Assembly (NCBI RefSeq): GCF_009914755.1
Contig: NC_060936.1
Source: the human T2T-CHM13v2.0 reference genome, Homo sapiens
Strand: one strand, 5' to 3'
Length of the DNA stretch: 64,000 nt
Below are positions 30,561 to 44,778 of the stretch, piece after piece. How positions within the stretch are numbered: the first letter of the stretch is position 1; every line of letters begins with the position of its first letter. The notes beneath the pieces were generated by a model, which saw only the letters and a list, made by a program, of their open reading frames with translations, was not told the DNA's origin and searched no databases. The position numbers and the translations under genes were made by a program.

Positions 30561-31237
30561 TAACATTCATTAGAGTTTAAGATTATGAATGACTTATTAA
30601 AATATAAAATGATAAGGACAGTACATGTAAACTCTAGAACGAATTTTAAATTCTTAGTAATACTGGTAATAGTTATTAATACAGGTATGACTTCTCTCTC
30701 GTGCTGTTTCTGGTGAACACCACCACAGGGTCACAGTAAGGTTCTAAAAATATGAGCAAAAGCTGGTACTACCAGGAAATTCAAATTCCATACCTGGGAA
30801 TCTCAGAACTCAGGGAGGAATAAACATTACAGGGGGAGCAAACAATAATGGGGAGTATTGTTTGAGAAATAAGAAATTAAGAATTTTACTGCTCTAAAAT
30901 GTAAAAGTAAAACAGGTGAAGTCTGGATTTTCTTTTGTTTTTATGAAGTTCAGTGGGAGAGCATTCTCTTCTGTTAAAATTGCCACTAATTATGTGTTTT
31001 TTCTAAATCATATTGTCTACTTTTCTCCAAAACAGTTGAATAATGTACTCATTTTCATAAAATTTTAGAAAAATTAGTGAGTAAATTTTTGGCAGTTATT
31101 TTATTTGACATGTGAGTGGTATTTGCTTTCAGATTTCGAATTCCCTGTTGGGAAAGTAATATGGTTATGTTGCTGTGACTATAATATTAAAATGCACAGA
31201 CACACTATAAATTCCCTTTCCCTTAATTTTCTTTGCC

Positions 31238-31565
31238 TTTCTTTTCTTTCTTTTCTTTTCTGTTTTTTTTTTTCTTTTTTTTTTTTGAGACATAGTTTCA
31301 CTTTGTAGCCCGGGCTGGAGTGCAGTGGCACGATCTGGGCTCACTGCAACCTCCGCCTCCTGAGTTCAAGTGATTCTCCTGTCTCAGCCTCCTGAGTAGC
31401 TGGAATTACAGGTGCGCGCCGCACCTGGCTAATCTTTGTATTTTTAGTAGAGACAGGGTTTCGCCATGTTGGCCAGGCTGGTCTTGAATTCTTGACCTCA
31501 AGTGATCCACCTGCCTCACCCTCCCAAAGTGCTGGGATTACAGGCATGAGCCACCGCGCCTGGCT
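31238..31565 (-). mobile_element. AluS
   Basis: TSD CTTTCCCTTAATTTTCT. Confidence 0.9.
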
Positions 31566-32986
31566 CCTTTCCCTTAATTTTCTGAAAGAAAAATTCACAT
31601 ACAGCCGTGTGAATTGACTGGACTGTGAAATTAAAATAATGGATTTTTTTGGTCTTTATACTGCAAGTTTGAGAAATAAAGAACAAAGCATTTTCTCTGT
31701 GGATGCGAAGAACTCTGTACTTGACTCAGCTTCCTTTTTCTCTTGCCTGCATTTTTTGTTTACTTCACTGGCTTGATTAGTCATAATAAGGCTCAGTACC
31801 TCTGCCATTCCCAATGTTAAGCAATTTTTTAAAATTTGGAATTTTGTGGATAATCATTAACAGAGTTGCTTAATGGGTAATGTTGTTTTCTTTATGGAAA
31901 TAATTTGAGGCACCTTTTCTGGGGTTCTTGGCAAGAAATATGAGTTTATTATGGATATTTAGGAAAGAGGATGTAGAAATAAACCTTTGTTTGTAGTATG
32001 AAGCTGTGATAATCTGCCCCATCTTTGTCTAATTCCGTTTTAACTTCTGTCCTTAACATGTTTCTCTTCTTAATCAGTTGTCAGTGAAGATTTATTTATC
32101 AGGAGATGGGAATGGAGTATTTTGGATATACTTCAAGTTTTGAATGATAACCGTTAAAATACATACAATGTTTTAATAGTGAGATACACTGATCACAAAA
32201 ATATGGTCTGATTTAACTTTATTTTGTGGTACTTTTCTTCTAAGTTTAGACAGATGATAGAAATTCACAAAAATTTCAGTCATAGTTATGGCCACAGTTA
32301 GGCATTCCCAAAGGAAGTGTGTTGCATTCCTAAGTGTAGTGTGTTGCATGCACTACTGAGCATAATGGGAAAAGAAAAGTGCTATAAAAACCTAAGTACC
32401 AAGTAACTAGCTAGAAAAAGCTTTTAATGGGAGAGCTGGCATGGTCATTAATCTGGTAGAATAGTATTTGAGGAAACAGTTGCATGTGTTAAGCTGCAGT
32501 TTCTTTTGGTTATTGAAAACCAAATAGGAAGTTCTGAATTAATACTTACATGCTGAAGTATCTTTGTGGAGCTTATTTTGAGCGTTAGAGTGGGAGACTG
32601 AGTTCTAATGCAAACTATAGAAGAATGACCTTGGGTAAGTTTGTTGTCTAATTAGTAAACTGAGTGGTAGAGTTGGATAATCCTGTCAGCTTTAGGCCCA
32701 TGCCTTAAATATGCTTCTTATCCTCTCACAGTCAAAAAGGATTTTTACCTTGGTACAGTCTGATTCCTGCAACACCTCTCTAGTTATTGAATGTATAGTA
32801 GTTTGCTATAGACAGACTACTTTGCAGTGGCTATCAAACCTTTCTGAGACTCATTCTAAGAAATACATTTACATTGTGACTTAGTATATGCACACATAAA
32901 AAGAAGAAAGTTTCACAAAATAGTTTCCTTACTAGCAATGAGCTGTTTTTTGTTTTATTTCGTTAACAACAACAACAAAAACTGCT

Positions 32987-33116
32987 AACCATCTTTTTCT
33001 TGGGGTTGCACTACTGTCCAATGAGCACATAGTGAGGGCAGTACTGCTAACGCCTACATAACATGCCTGCATCATCTAGAGCTTTGCTTTACCTTGGTAC
33101 AATTTTTGGAAGAATG
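32987..33116 (+). pseudogene. RNU4ATAC16P: Full-length U4atac snRNA retropseudogene
   Basis: AACCATCTTTTTCTTGGGGTTGCACTACTGTCCAATGAGCACATAGTGAGGGCAGTACTGCTAACGCC...AATTTTTGGAAGAAT aligns end to end to U4atac. Sm site intact. TSD AAAAACTGCT at 32977-32986 and 33117-33126. The copy number in the symbol is from memory. Confidence 0.93.
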
Positions 33117-34419
33117 AAAAACTGCTTTTCCACAGGGGGAAAATACTGTTTACTGCCCATCTTTGAAAAACATTTTACTTAGAGCATAAACTTGAAGCTA
33201 GATCCTTTTAACCACTTAATTAAATCATACAGTAAGTTGTTGATAGCTATTTGCCACAAAATGAAAATATAGTGGCTATATGAATTTTAGCTGCTGTCAC
33301 TGTTCATTAATCATAACATAAGCTCTGAACACAGTGTTTCTTCTTAGAAAGGTACAAATGATTATGATTTTGTATAACAACTGAAGTTAGGTGTGTGTGA
33401 AGTTTTATAATTGCTGGTCTTCATTAGATAAATTAAATTATAATTAAATGATCTGTTTTATTTTTGCTTTTTATTTGGTCTCTTATTAATAGGCACAATA
33501 CTGGCATTAGCTATAACACAAACCAATGGCACTAAAAATCTTCAGAACCTTTTTGGATTTGAGTTTTTGAAAGATATTTTGTGGAGACTACAGATTTAAT
33601 TTTAAAGTATAAATATGCTCTTATTTTAAATAAATGGGGTTTATACTTTGTGTTCTAATGATTGAGATAACTTTTTTTTTTGAGAACTTAAATTAAAATT
33701 CCCAGTCTTCTCTAGTTCTGTCAGATTTCTTTGTTCCCCCTCCCAGTGGTTGAGTTCTTATGGGATTTGTGGCTTATTTTTAAAATCCAATGATTAAAAT
33801 GAAGTTTTCTGGCAATATTAATATTTGTGTGAATCTGGATATCCTCCTCACTTAACTTCTAAGGCTTTTTCTTCATCTGAAAATGACAATTTTGTATACT
33901 TGGCTGGATTATTTTAAGTAACAAGTAACAAACACTGTGGTAGACTAACATTTGAGTTTGAAGTTTCATATAATTTTAAATCATTGTCATCGACTGACTT
34001 TGGAAAGTAACTTCTGAGATTTTTGGTCTGAAGTGACCCTGAAAGTTTATGACCTAATTATCATTTTATTAGGTCTGAATGTGAATGTTGCACTTTGAGA
34101 GGAAATAGTATAGAAGTAGTTACATTGCTGGGTGACTGATCTAGCAAGTCCCTAACAGTGCCATTAAGCTGTCCTGTAGTACATCTTATTTAGTTCTCTC
34201 AATAACTACATAGTATGTTGTCAGTCCTATTTTATAGATGAGAAAACCAAGGGAACAATTTGATAGAATAATGTTTCCAAAATCAGAGATCTAATCTTAG
34301 AAGGCTTAGTTGAATAACATTGGATATATTACTCTGCGGTTCCTAAGTCTATGAATTAATGGGAATTTTGAAATCTAATTGAAATCCAAGGAGAAAGTGA
34401 TAGAAATAAAATTGTAGTG

Positions 34420-34661
34420 AGCGATGTCGGCTCACTGCAACCTCCACCTCCCAGGTTTAAGCGATTCTCCTGCCTTGGCCTTCCGAGCAGCTAGGATTAC
34501 AGGCATGCACCACCACGCCCAGCTAATTTTTATATTTTTATAGAGACGGGGTTTTACCATGTTGGCCAGGCTGATCTCGAACTCCTGACCTGAAGTGATC
34601 CACCTGCCTCAGCCTCCCAAAGTGCTGGGATTACAGACATGAGCCACTGCGCCCAACCTAG
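34420..34661 (-). mobile_element. 3'-truncated AluS
   Basis: Begins at GCGATGTCGGCTCACTGC with no tail. Confidence 0.85.
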
Positions 34662-34757
34662 TTTAAATTTTCTAGTAGCCACATTTAAAAAAAAACAGGT
34701 GGAATTAATTTCATGAATATGTTTCATATAACCCAATATATATCCAAACATAGTTTC

Positions 34758-35163
<406 letters not shown>

Positions 35164-35222
35164 TAACATATCTCGGTTCACACCAGCAACATTTCAGTGA
35201 AGTACTCAATAACCATACTTGG

Positions 35223-35943
35223 GGCTGGGCGTGGTGACACATACATGCCTGAATCCCAGCACTTTGGGAGGCTGAGGTGGGAGGATTGCTTGAGCCCAGG
35301 AGTTTGAGACCAGGCTAGGCAACAAACCAAGATGCTGTCTCCACCAAAAAAAAAAACAAAACAAAAATTATCCAGGCACAGTGGCATGTGCCTGTAGTCC
35401 CAGCTACCTCGGAGGCTGAGGTGGGAGGATTGCTTGAGCCCAGGAGTTTGAGACCAGGCTAGGCAACAAACCAAGATGCTGTCTCCACCAAAAAAAAAAA
35501 AAAATTATCCAGGCACAGCGGCATGTGCCTGTAGTCCCAGCTACCTGGGAGGCTGAGGTGGGAGGATTGCTTGAGCCCAGGAGTTTGAGACCAGGCTAGG
35601 CAACAAACCAAGATGCTGTCTCCACCAAAAAAAAAAAAAAAAAAAAAAAAAATTATCCAGGCACAGCGGCATGTGCCTGTAGTCCCAGCTACTTGGGAGG
35701 CTGAGGTGGGAGGATTGCTTGAGCCCAGGAGTTTGAGACCAGGCTAGGCAACAAACCAAGATGCTGTCTCCACCAAAAAAAAAAAAAAGTATCCAGGCAC
35801 AGTGGCATGTGCCTGTAGTCCCAGCTACCTGGGAGGCTGAGGTGGGAGGATTGCTTGAGCCCAGGAGTTTTGAGACCACAGTGAGCCATGATTGTGCCCC
35901 TGTGCTCCAACCTGGGTATCAGAGCAAGACTCCCATCTCTAAA
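35223..35943 (+). repeat. AluJ-like element with internal tandem amplification (4 units of 136-148 bp; five arms)
   Basis: GGAGGCTGAGGTGGGAGGATTGCTTGAGCCCAGGAGTTT starts at 35267, 35411, 35548, 35696 and 35832; units are nearly identical apart from A-tract length. Confidence 0.95.
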
Positions 35944-37085
35944 GAAATTGTATTTTATTTATTTTATTTTTACAACCCAGATGTGTGAATCTTGAAGGAA
36001 TTTTTTTTTAATTGGCTAATGGCTACTATTACTGGACAGCTCAATTTCTGAATGCCAAGTACCTCTTGTTAAACTGTTCAACAGCCTTTCCCTACCATCT
36101 CAAGAAGTTGGTGATAAAAATTATCAATAATGAATTACAGTTTTTTAATTTTTGCCTTTGATGCGATTGTCTTATTTTATAATATGTTAGCATTTAATAT
36201 GAATATTTTTGTTGACATTTATTTTTTATTTTTAAAAATAGCATTATTGAAGTATAGTTGACATAATAAAATGTACATATTTAAAAGGTACAAATTTAAT
36301 AAGTTGTCCACATCCATGAAACCATCACCACAGTCAAGATATTTATTACTATTTTCCTGAAGTCTTCCCTCCTAGCTGTGCAAATCTCCTGTCACTACAT
36401 TAAAACTTTTAGATATTCTTCTTTTTTGGAGATAACCTCTCTTAAACTTCTAAACTTCACCATTTGTACTGGTTGCATTCTAGGTTGATGCTTAGGTTGG
36501 GGATCTTCATTCATTCTAATTTTGGAGATTCTTCTTATATCTAGCTGGTTTTTGATCCTGCTTCCAGAATCCCATTTCTTTCTCTTTCTTGGTCTCCTCA
36601 TTTGTGAAAGAATAACTTCATAACTCTTTGAGAAAGGTCATTTGGGAGATAAATGTATTTTTGAGAACTTACATGTCTGAAAATATTTTCCTTCATCTTC
36701 CTTTCCCTTTCCTCTTTAATAGGTAGTTCGGATAACAAATTCTAGATTGGAAATAATTTATTTCAGAATTTTAAAGACATTTATTCTATTTTCTTCTAGC
36801 TTCCAGTATTGCTGTTAAAGTCTGAGGCTAGTAGGATTCTCTGTTCCCTGTAACCTATTGTTTTTTTCCTCTGGAAGTTTTCAGGTTTTTTGTCTTGTCC
36901 TCAGCGTTTTGAAATTTCAGCAATGTGCCTTGGTATGGGTCTCTTTTTTCCATTGTGGCTTTTTGTCTGGAAACTCACTGGCCATCAATTCTGAAAATTT
37001 ACCTTCTACTCATTTCATTTCTTGCCCTCTGTTTTTTATGTTGCCCCTTCCAGAACTCCTGTTACATATATGTTGGTTCTCCTAG

Positions 37086-37413
<328 letters not shown>

Positions 37414-38186
37414 TGCCTTTTCCAGGTTCCTTTTTTTGGTTGTTGTTATTTGTTACTGATTTTAGTTGCTCTTTAATTTTATTTATTTATTTTTTTGCTT
37501 CCCATGTAGATTGGATGCTCTTTAAAGACTTTTTTCAAGTAATCCCATGAGCCTTGGTTGTCGCATTTGAGTTGGGCACTGAAAACTGATAAATAAATGC
37601 GGTTTGCTGATTGTGGGCCCCAGTATAATCTGACTGTACTGTTCTGGCATCTTATGAAATGCAGATGTTGGGATCTTTAGAGCTGTTCATTTATGCTACT
37701 CAGATCCCTAGTTTTATATGCCAAAGTATAACTTATGCTTTATGTGATTTCCACTTTAGAGATTTTATTAAAACTTTTTATTTATAGTCTAATGTATGCT
37801 GTTGTAAAAATTGAAGTTCTATGTTTATTTGAAAATAGTATTTATTAAGGGAAAAAATCTGTATTTGTTAATTGTATTGCTTAAATTCCATGTATTTTTG
37901 TTGCCTTAGACTACTTGATTAGCTGATATTTGATAAACGTGTCAGCCCTACAAAATAATTGTGGATTTGTCAATTTCCGTTTGTATTTCTAACAGTTTTT
38001 ATGTTATATATTCATAGCTTTATATTTAGGCTGGGTTAAGCATGAATGTTATATACGTAAATAATTGTACTTTTTATCAATATAAAATATGCAGCATTTT
38101 CTCAAATAATTCTCTTTGCTTAACACATTCCCTTTTTATATTGTCATTCTTTTTTCACATTTGTTTTATTTGTTCCTCTATCTTCC

Positions 38187-38510
<324 letters not shown>

Positions 38511-38614
38511 TAATTTTGATGTGTTTCTTATAAATAAACAGTGTTTAGACTTTTTTTTAAAGCCTGTTCCACAGGTTTTTTGTAATAGAGAACTTTAACG
38601 TACATTTATAGTAA

Positions 38615-38710
38615 TAATTGGTATGTTTGGAGTTGGTCTTCTTCCTGCCTTCTATGTGTTTTAATTGGTATGTTTGGAGTTGGTCTTCTTCCTGCCTTCT
38701 ATGTGTTTTA
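38615..38710. repeat. Perfect 47-bp tandem duplication
   Basis: TAATTGGTATGTTTGGAGTTGGTCTTCTTCCTGCCTTCTATGTGTTT starts at 38615 and again at 38662. Confidence 0.95.
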
Positions 38711-38899
38711 TTTCTGCCTTGCCTTTCTTAGATAGATTTATTTTCTTTGCATTTTACACCTAGTAGTCTATCTTTTATGTAATTTTCATTATTTAAGTGA
38801 CTTAAATGAAATTATGTATTTTTCATTGTTAATTTTTAAAACACCTACATATTAGACTATAAATCTACTTTATAAAAATAAAATTATTTCTCTACTTTT

Positions 38900-39232
38900 A
38901 TAGGTGGTATTGTGGAATGGCAAAGCACAGACTCTAGAACAAGGCAGCTTCTGTTTACACCTTGGCTTGGCTTTGCCACTTTTTTATTGTAATCCTCTTG
39001 TGCATCCATTTCTTTTTTGGTTAAAGTAGAGATGGGGTCTCACTGTTGCTGATCTGAAACTCTGGGCTCAAGTGATCCTCCTGCCTCAGCCTCCCAAAGT
39101 GCTAGGATTTCAGGCGTGAGCCACCAAGCCCACGTAGGTACCTACTTCACAGAGGTGTTGTTGAGTTTAAATATGTTAATATATGTAAAGCACCAGAACA
39201 GGGTCTGGAAGTCAATAAATGTTAGCTATTAT
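38900..39232 (+). mobile_element. MIR interrupted by an Alu monomer
   Basis: AAAGCACAGACTCTAGAAC...TGTAAAGCAC...CAATAAATGTTAGCTATTATT. Confidence 0.6.
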
Positions 39233-39591
39233 TAGGTGTCAGTTATTAACAAAAGCTTGAAACTACATTATTAGCGTAGTTCTTGTGGGTTCCTGTGTTT
39301 AATGCTTGCCTGGTTCTTAACCTATATTAGCTTTCTGTGTGTTTAAAAAAAATCTTTATCTTTTGTGTAAGTCGGTTTTCCTTATTCTTACACACTTTAA
39401 TGTATGTAGGCTGCTCTGTTGTAAAGACCATCTGTCTTCTGCTGGGCTGAGGACCTCTGTGCATTTCCACTCTTTGACCATCTCAGGACAGGCACAACAA
39501 AAAAATGTTAAAAACTTGGATGTTGTCATGGATATGTGGATGCTTTACATTGTGTGTGTGTGCGTGTGTGTGTAATTTTAGTGTGAAAAAT

Positions 39592-39988
39592 GGTATCAGG
39601 TTTCTCCAAGGCAACAAAACCATTAGGAGATTTTGTATATAACAGATAGATATTATATGTAATTTCAAGGAATTAGTTTACTTGGTTGTTGGGGCTGGCA
39701 AGTCTGAAATCTGTCTTCTGGTTGAGCTGGCCATTGGGTTGGGAACTCTAGCACAGGAGCTGATGCTGCACCTTTAGCCAGGATTTCTCAGGAAATCCCA
39801 GTTTACTGCCTTGTAAGTGATTAGATGAGACCCAACCACATAATTGAGGGTAGTCTCCTTTACTTAAAGTCAGCTGATTGTAGGTTTAACCATATCTACA
39901 AAAATACCTTTATAGCAACACCTAGTTAGTATTTGATAGAATAATTGAATACTGTAGCAAAATTGTAACATAAAACTAACCATCACAG
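39592..39988 (-). mobile_element. MLT2 (ERVL) LTR
   Basis: CCTTTACTTAAAGTCAGCTGATTGTAG...CATAAAACTAACCATCACA terminus typical of MLT2. Confidence 0.7.
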
Positions 39989-40325
39989 ATGAGTATATTA
40001 TTTCACAATAGATTGTCCTTCATATCAGCTTCTTGAAATTAAAAAAAAAGCTACTGTGTGTAATACTATATGGAAATTAAACATTGTCCATATTTTTAGT
40101 AAAATAATAATTCATACTTATACTCTGCTAACATGAGATCAACTTATGCACTAATGGACCATATTTCTAAAAGTTTGTGAGTTGTTTGTTGACTTAAGTG
40201 AGAAAGGCCTGTAATGCCAGTACCGGAAATGATTGTTCCCAGAATAACCAGCAAAAGCTGATACCCAGACAGTATATCTGAAATATGTTACATATGAAAA
40301 ATATATTTAAAAATGAAAGTGAGAG

Positions 40326-40721
<396 letters not shown>

Positions 40722-41253
40722 TCAAATGTGAAGGCCACATGCTTCCTTCAATTAAGGCATAATAATGAAAGGACATACTGAGGCTACATTACATCTTTGT
40801 TGGTGAAATCAGGAGTAGAGGAAAGGGTAGAAACTAGAACAGATACAGATTGGGAAGTGGAGAGGTAAGATTCTTAGCCCATAATTTTCAGAGAAAGTAG
40901 TTGTTTGTTGATGGCACCAAACAGGGCTCCTGATTTATGATAAAGAATCATAAATTTGGTAAAAGTTACAGTCTGAAGTACAAAACCCCAATGATTTTCC
41001 ATTCTAGTGCTTCAGTGAGAAGCTTAACAGTGTACTATGTATAGGTAGATAAGAATAAAGTAAAAGACAGAATTCTTTGCTGTTAAAATGAAAGAATAAC
41101 TTTTACTTAGCATAGTATGGTAGTATACTAATAAATGGTACACACTGCTAGTCATAAAATTTAGATTTTGTCCCCAGTTCTACCTGTATACCTGTATTAT
41201 TAGTCCTTTGTTCTCTGTTCAGTGTCCTAGTAGAAACTGTGTGGTTATACTCC

Positions 41254-41417
41254 TTTTTTTTTTTTTTTTTTTTGAGACAGAGTCTCGCTCTGTCACTCAG
41301 ACTGGAATGCAGTGATTCAATACTCACTGCAGCCTCAAACTCCTGGGCTCAAGCAGTCCTCCCACTGAGTAGCTGAGACTACAGGTGTATGCCACCAAAC
41401 GCCAGGCTAAGTTTTTT
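41254..41417 (-). mobile_element. AluJ right arm
   Basis: Poly(T) followed by GAGACAGAGTCTCGCTC. Confidence 0.8.
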
Positions 41418-41479
41418 AAAGAACTTCTGAAAGCATAGAGTTTTCAGGATGTTTTTATAATATTTCATAGATGGTAAGG

Positions 41480-41860
41480 CAGTGTCAGATTGATTCAGTT
41501 ATGTCATCAAATGTCTCTCTGCCATTCTCAGCATGTATTTCAGGCTAATGCCCCTTATGGCCCTATTTTCAGCCATCACATGCATCCTGGATAGCATTCA
41601 GCAGCAGAAGCAGCAATTTCTTTAACAATGCTTCATATCTTACTGGTCAGAGTTGTGGGTCACATGGCTTTGTCTAGATCAAATACTGAAAATGGAACTT
41701 CCATGATTGGGTTAGGCCAGTTATGACTGTCTTGACAGGAGATGGGGCTTGCTTTTCCTCTAGTACAAGATAGATACTTAAACCAAATAAAGGATTATGG
41801 TTAGCAAGGAGGAGGGGGTTTGGGAATGACCCAGTAGTAGACTGCCAACAGTGCCTGCTA
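41480..41860 (-). mobile_element. Old MLT1-like LTR fragment
   Basis: GGTCACATG...CCATGATTGG...GTTAGCAAGGAGGAGGGG motifs; degraded. Confidence 0.4.
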
Positions 41861-41972
41861 CTTAACTCACTCTTGCGAGATGGGGAAGTAAGATAGTCTT
41901 GAGGGTTGGGGCTATAGTAGAATAGAAGGAAATGACTTTTTGGAGAAAGTGATTTCTTTTTATCTTTTCATG

Positions 41973-42120
41973 TTTTTATTTTTTATTACATTTTGTTTTT
42001 TACTTAGGGATGGGGTCTTGCTATGTTGACCAAGCTGATCTCAAACTCCTGGCCTCAAGCCATCCTGTCATCTCGGCCTCCCAAAATGGTGGGATTACAG
42101 GCATGAGTCACCGTGCCACA
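41973..42120 (-). mobile_element. FLAM / Alu monomer
   Basis: TGGAGAAAGTG on both sides. Confidence 0.75.
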
Positions 42121-42943
42121 TCTGGAGAAAGTGGTCTGTAAACTAAGTTTTGTGGACAAATGGAGATTATTAGGGAGAAAGACTTTTCCTTATCCTTCTG
42201 AGCCCTTGGTTGTCTATGGGTACTGTTGCTTGTTTTCATTTTTAAGGATAGTAAACATACTTAACATTTCCCAAGGAATCTGTCTTGACCTGTGTATGTG
42301 TGTGTAAAAGCTGCATTGTGGACTTTTTGAAAAAGAACATATAATAACCAGTTCAGTTGAATGCAACGTGCTCTGTGAGATTAAGGGCTCACAAGAAACT
42401 GCTAATCACAGTTTTAAAAAGACAATCTTTTGATGTCTCATATCTTAGTGTTACTATGAGTTTATAGCCTGTTATTTTGTTTAGTGTTTACTCTGTCTTG
42501 CCTTTCTTTTTTCCTTCCTTCCTTTCCTTTTCTTTCTTTTCTTTTGGAAGGGAACTTAAGTACATCTTCTGGTTCTTTCTGCCTGATCTCTTCCTCTTAA
42601 TTTTAGAAATGAAGATGTAGAAGTCCAAAGAGGATTTACTTGATGATTTGACTAGAAAAGCTAGGTTTAACCAGGTCTTCTATGGAAATGAATTATAGCT
42701 GTAGTGAAAAAATAAGGGAAATGTGCTATGTTTGGATTCTAGAGACAGTTCTCTAGAATAGAAAATCTTCTAAACCCAAGACAGCTTGATATTTGAAAAA
42801 GGGGGTATAAAACCTTTTTTTAAGGATTGGCAGATCGTAGTAAATATTGTGGATGTCATAGTACCACAATATATAATAATTAAGTAACATACTTAGAATA
42901 GAAATCTAGAAATGTCAGTAACAGAATTTTACTATTTCTCTCA

Positions 42944-42981
<38 letters not shown>

Positions 42982-42982
42982 A
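42944..42982. repeat. (CA)n microsatellite
   Basis: Visible CA run. Confidence 0.95.
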
Positions 42983-44015
42983 AAATTATGAACACATAAT
43001 AAAGGACTTCCTTATAACTAAGAAAAAGATAATACATGAATAGAGAGGCCTATCTGGAAATTTTCATGTATATGCACAACATTTCAGTGATAACAGAGTG
43101 GCTGTTATAAATAATGATCGTAAAGTGCGGTTATAAATTATATCATGTATGTGAAAATTATTTTTTGTACAGTATGGTTCTTTATCTAAAACGTAGATCT
43201 TTGCTTTTCTATAATAACATTCTCTTCTAGGTTTCAGCTTATACTTGACGCAAGAGGTTCTTTGAGAGAGCTTCTTTTTTAAAAAAAAAAAACTACATTT
43301 CCTATTACATTTTATATCTAGCCTGCCACCCTAAGATGGAAATCCATTTTAGTTCATCAGGTATTTATTAATGGTTTCACTTTGTGAAAGATATTGAAGA
43401 GGGCAGATAAAATTGTCATTTACAGCTTACTTAGCATAGTACATTGTGCTTAAAATATATGACATTAATATAAATGATGCCCTTTCTTGATAATTTTTTT
43501 TATCTCTAATCTTAAATTGGGGGATGATGTTTCTTTTTAGCCTTTTTATTTTTATACATATGGTTGTCCAAGAGTCATGTATTAACCCAGGTTTAGAACA
43601 CATCATAATGTCACTGCCTCCACTTCCCAGACTCCAATAGGGAATAGCAGCTTTATTCTACCCAGGTCCTATCAGAGGGTGCACAACAGATGAGGGGAAT
43701 TGCAGGATTTCCCAGTACACCAAACTGTTGGTCAGCCTTCCTGCCTTTATTCCCCATGTAGACCTAAATACAGAAACTTTTTAATTATCTTGGTTATACC
43801 TAAACATTGCTACTCCCCTACGCTAGCCCCGCAAAAGTGAGAGAGCTTGTCAAGGCAAAGTTTTTTGAAGGAAGAAGCCACATGAAATGAGAGAGGGAAA
43901 TAATGTATACTGTGAGCTTAGGAAGAGCAAAGGTATAAAGGTGATAGAGAGATTGGCACAGAACTACAGTAGTATATGTATTAGTTCTGATTAATAAATG
44001 TTTCAATTTTTATGA

Positions 44016-44329
<314 letters not shown>

Positions 44330-44639
44330 TGATACTGTTATTCTTGTAACAAAAAAGCTTACAATGAGGAATACATTTATATTGTTTTGCTTAAGATTAA
44401 AGCCATATAAAAAATTTACAGCAGAACCTGGAAGTTCTTTCTTGACCCTAACCTCCTTTACTCCTTTGCCCAGAGGCAACCATATATTTGTATGTATTTC
44501 CAATTCTTCATGCTTTTACACAAATATGTACTCACATTAAAAAAAATATATATAAACATATTATTCTATGACTTTTTTTTTCTTTAATTCATAGAGTTCT
44601 TAATCAGGTCTAGTGAACTCAGGACAAGAGACACAACTT

Positions 44640-44778
44640 GGATATAAATACCTTTAAGCCTCTGTTTTCTTCATGTGTAAAATGAGGGTAATGTTTTAGT
44701 GTTATTACAAGGTTTAAATGAGACTACATGTGGACACCTTAGCCTGGTAACTAAGTCACGGTAGCTGCTATTATTAAT
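44640..44778 (+). mobile_element. MIR
   Basis: GCCTCTGTTTTCTTCATGTGTAAAATGAGGGTAAT. Confidence 0.65.

Noticed and set aside
35223-35943. CRISPR-like appearance of regularly spaced repeats
   Set aside because: The intervening sequences are near-identical Alu sequence rather than unique spacers; human DNA, no cas genes.
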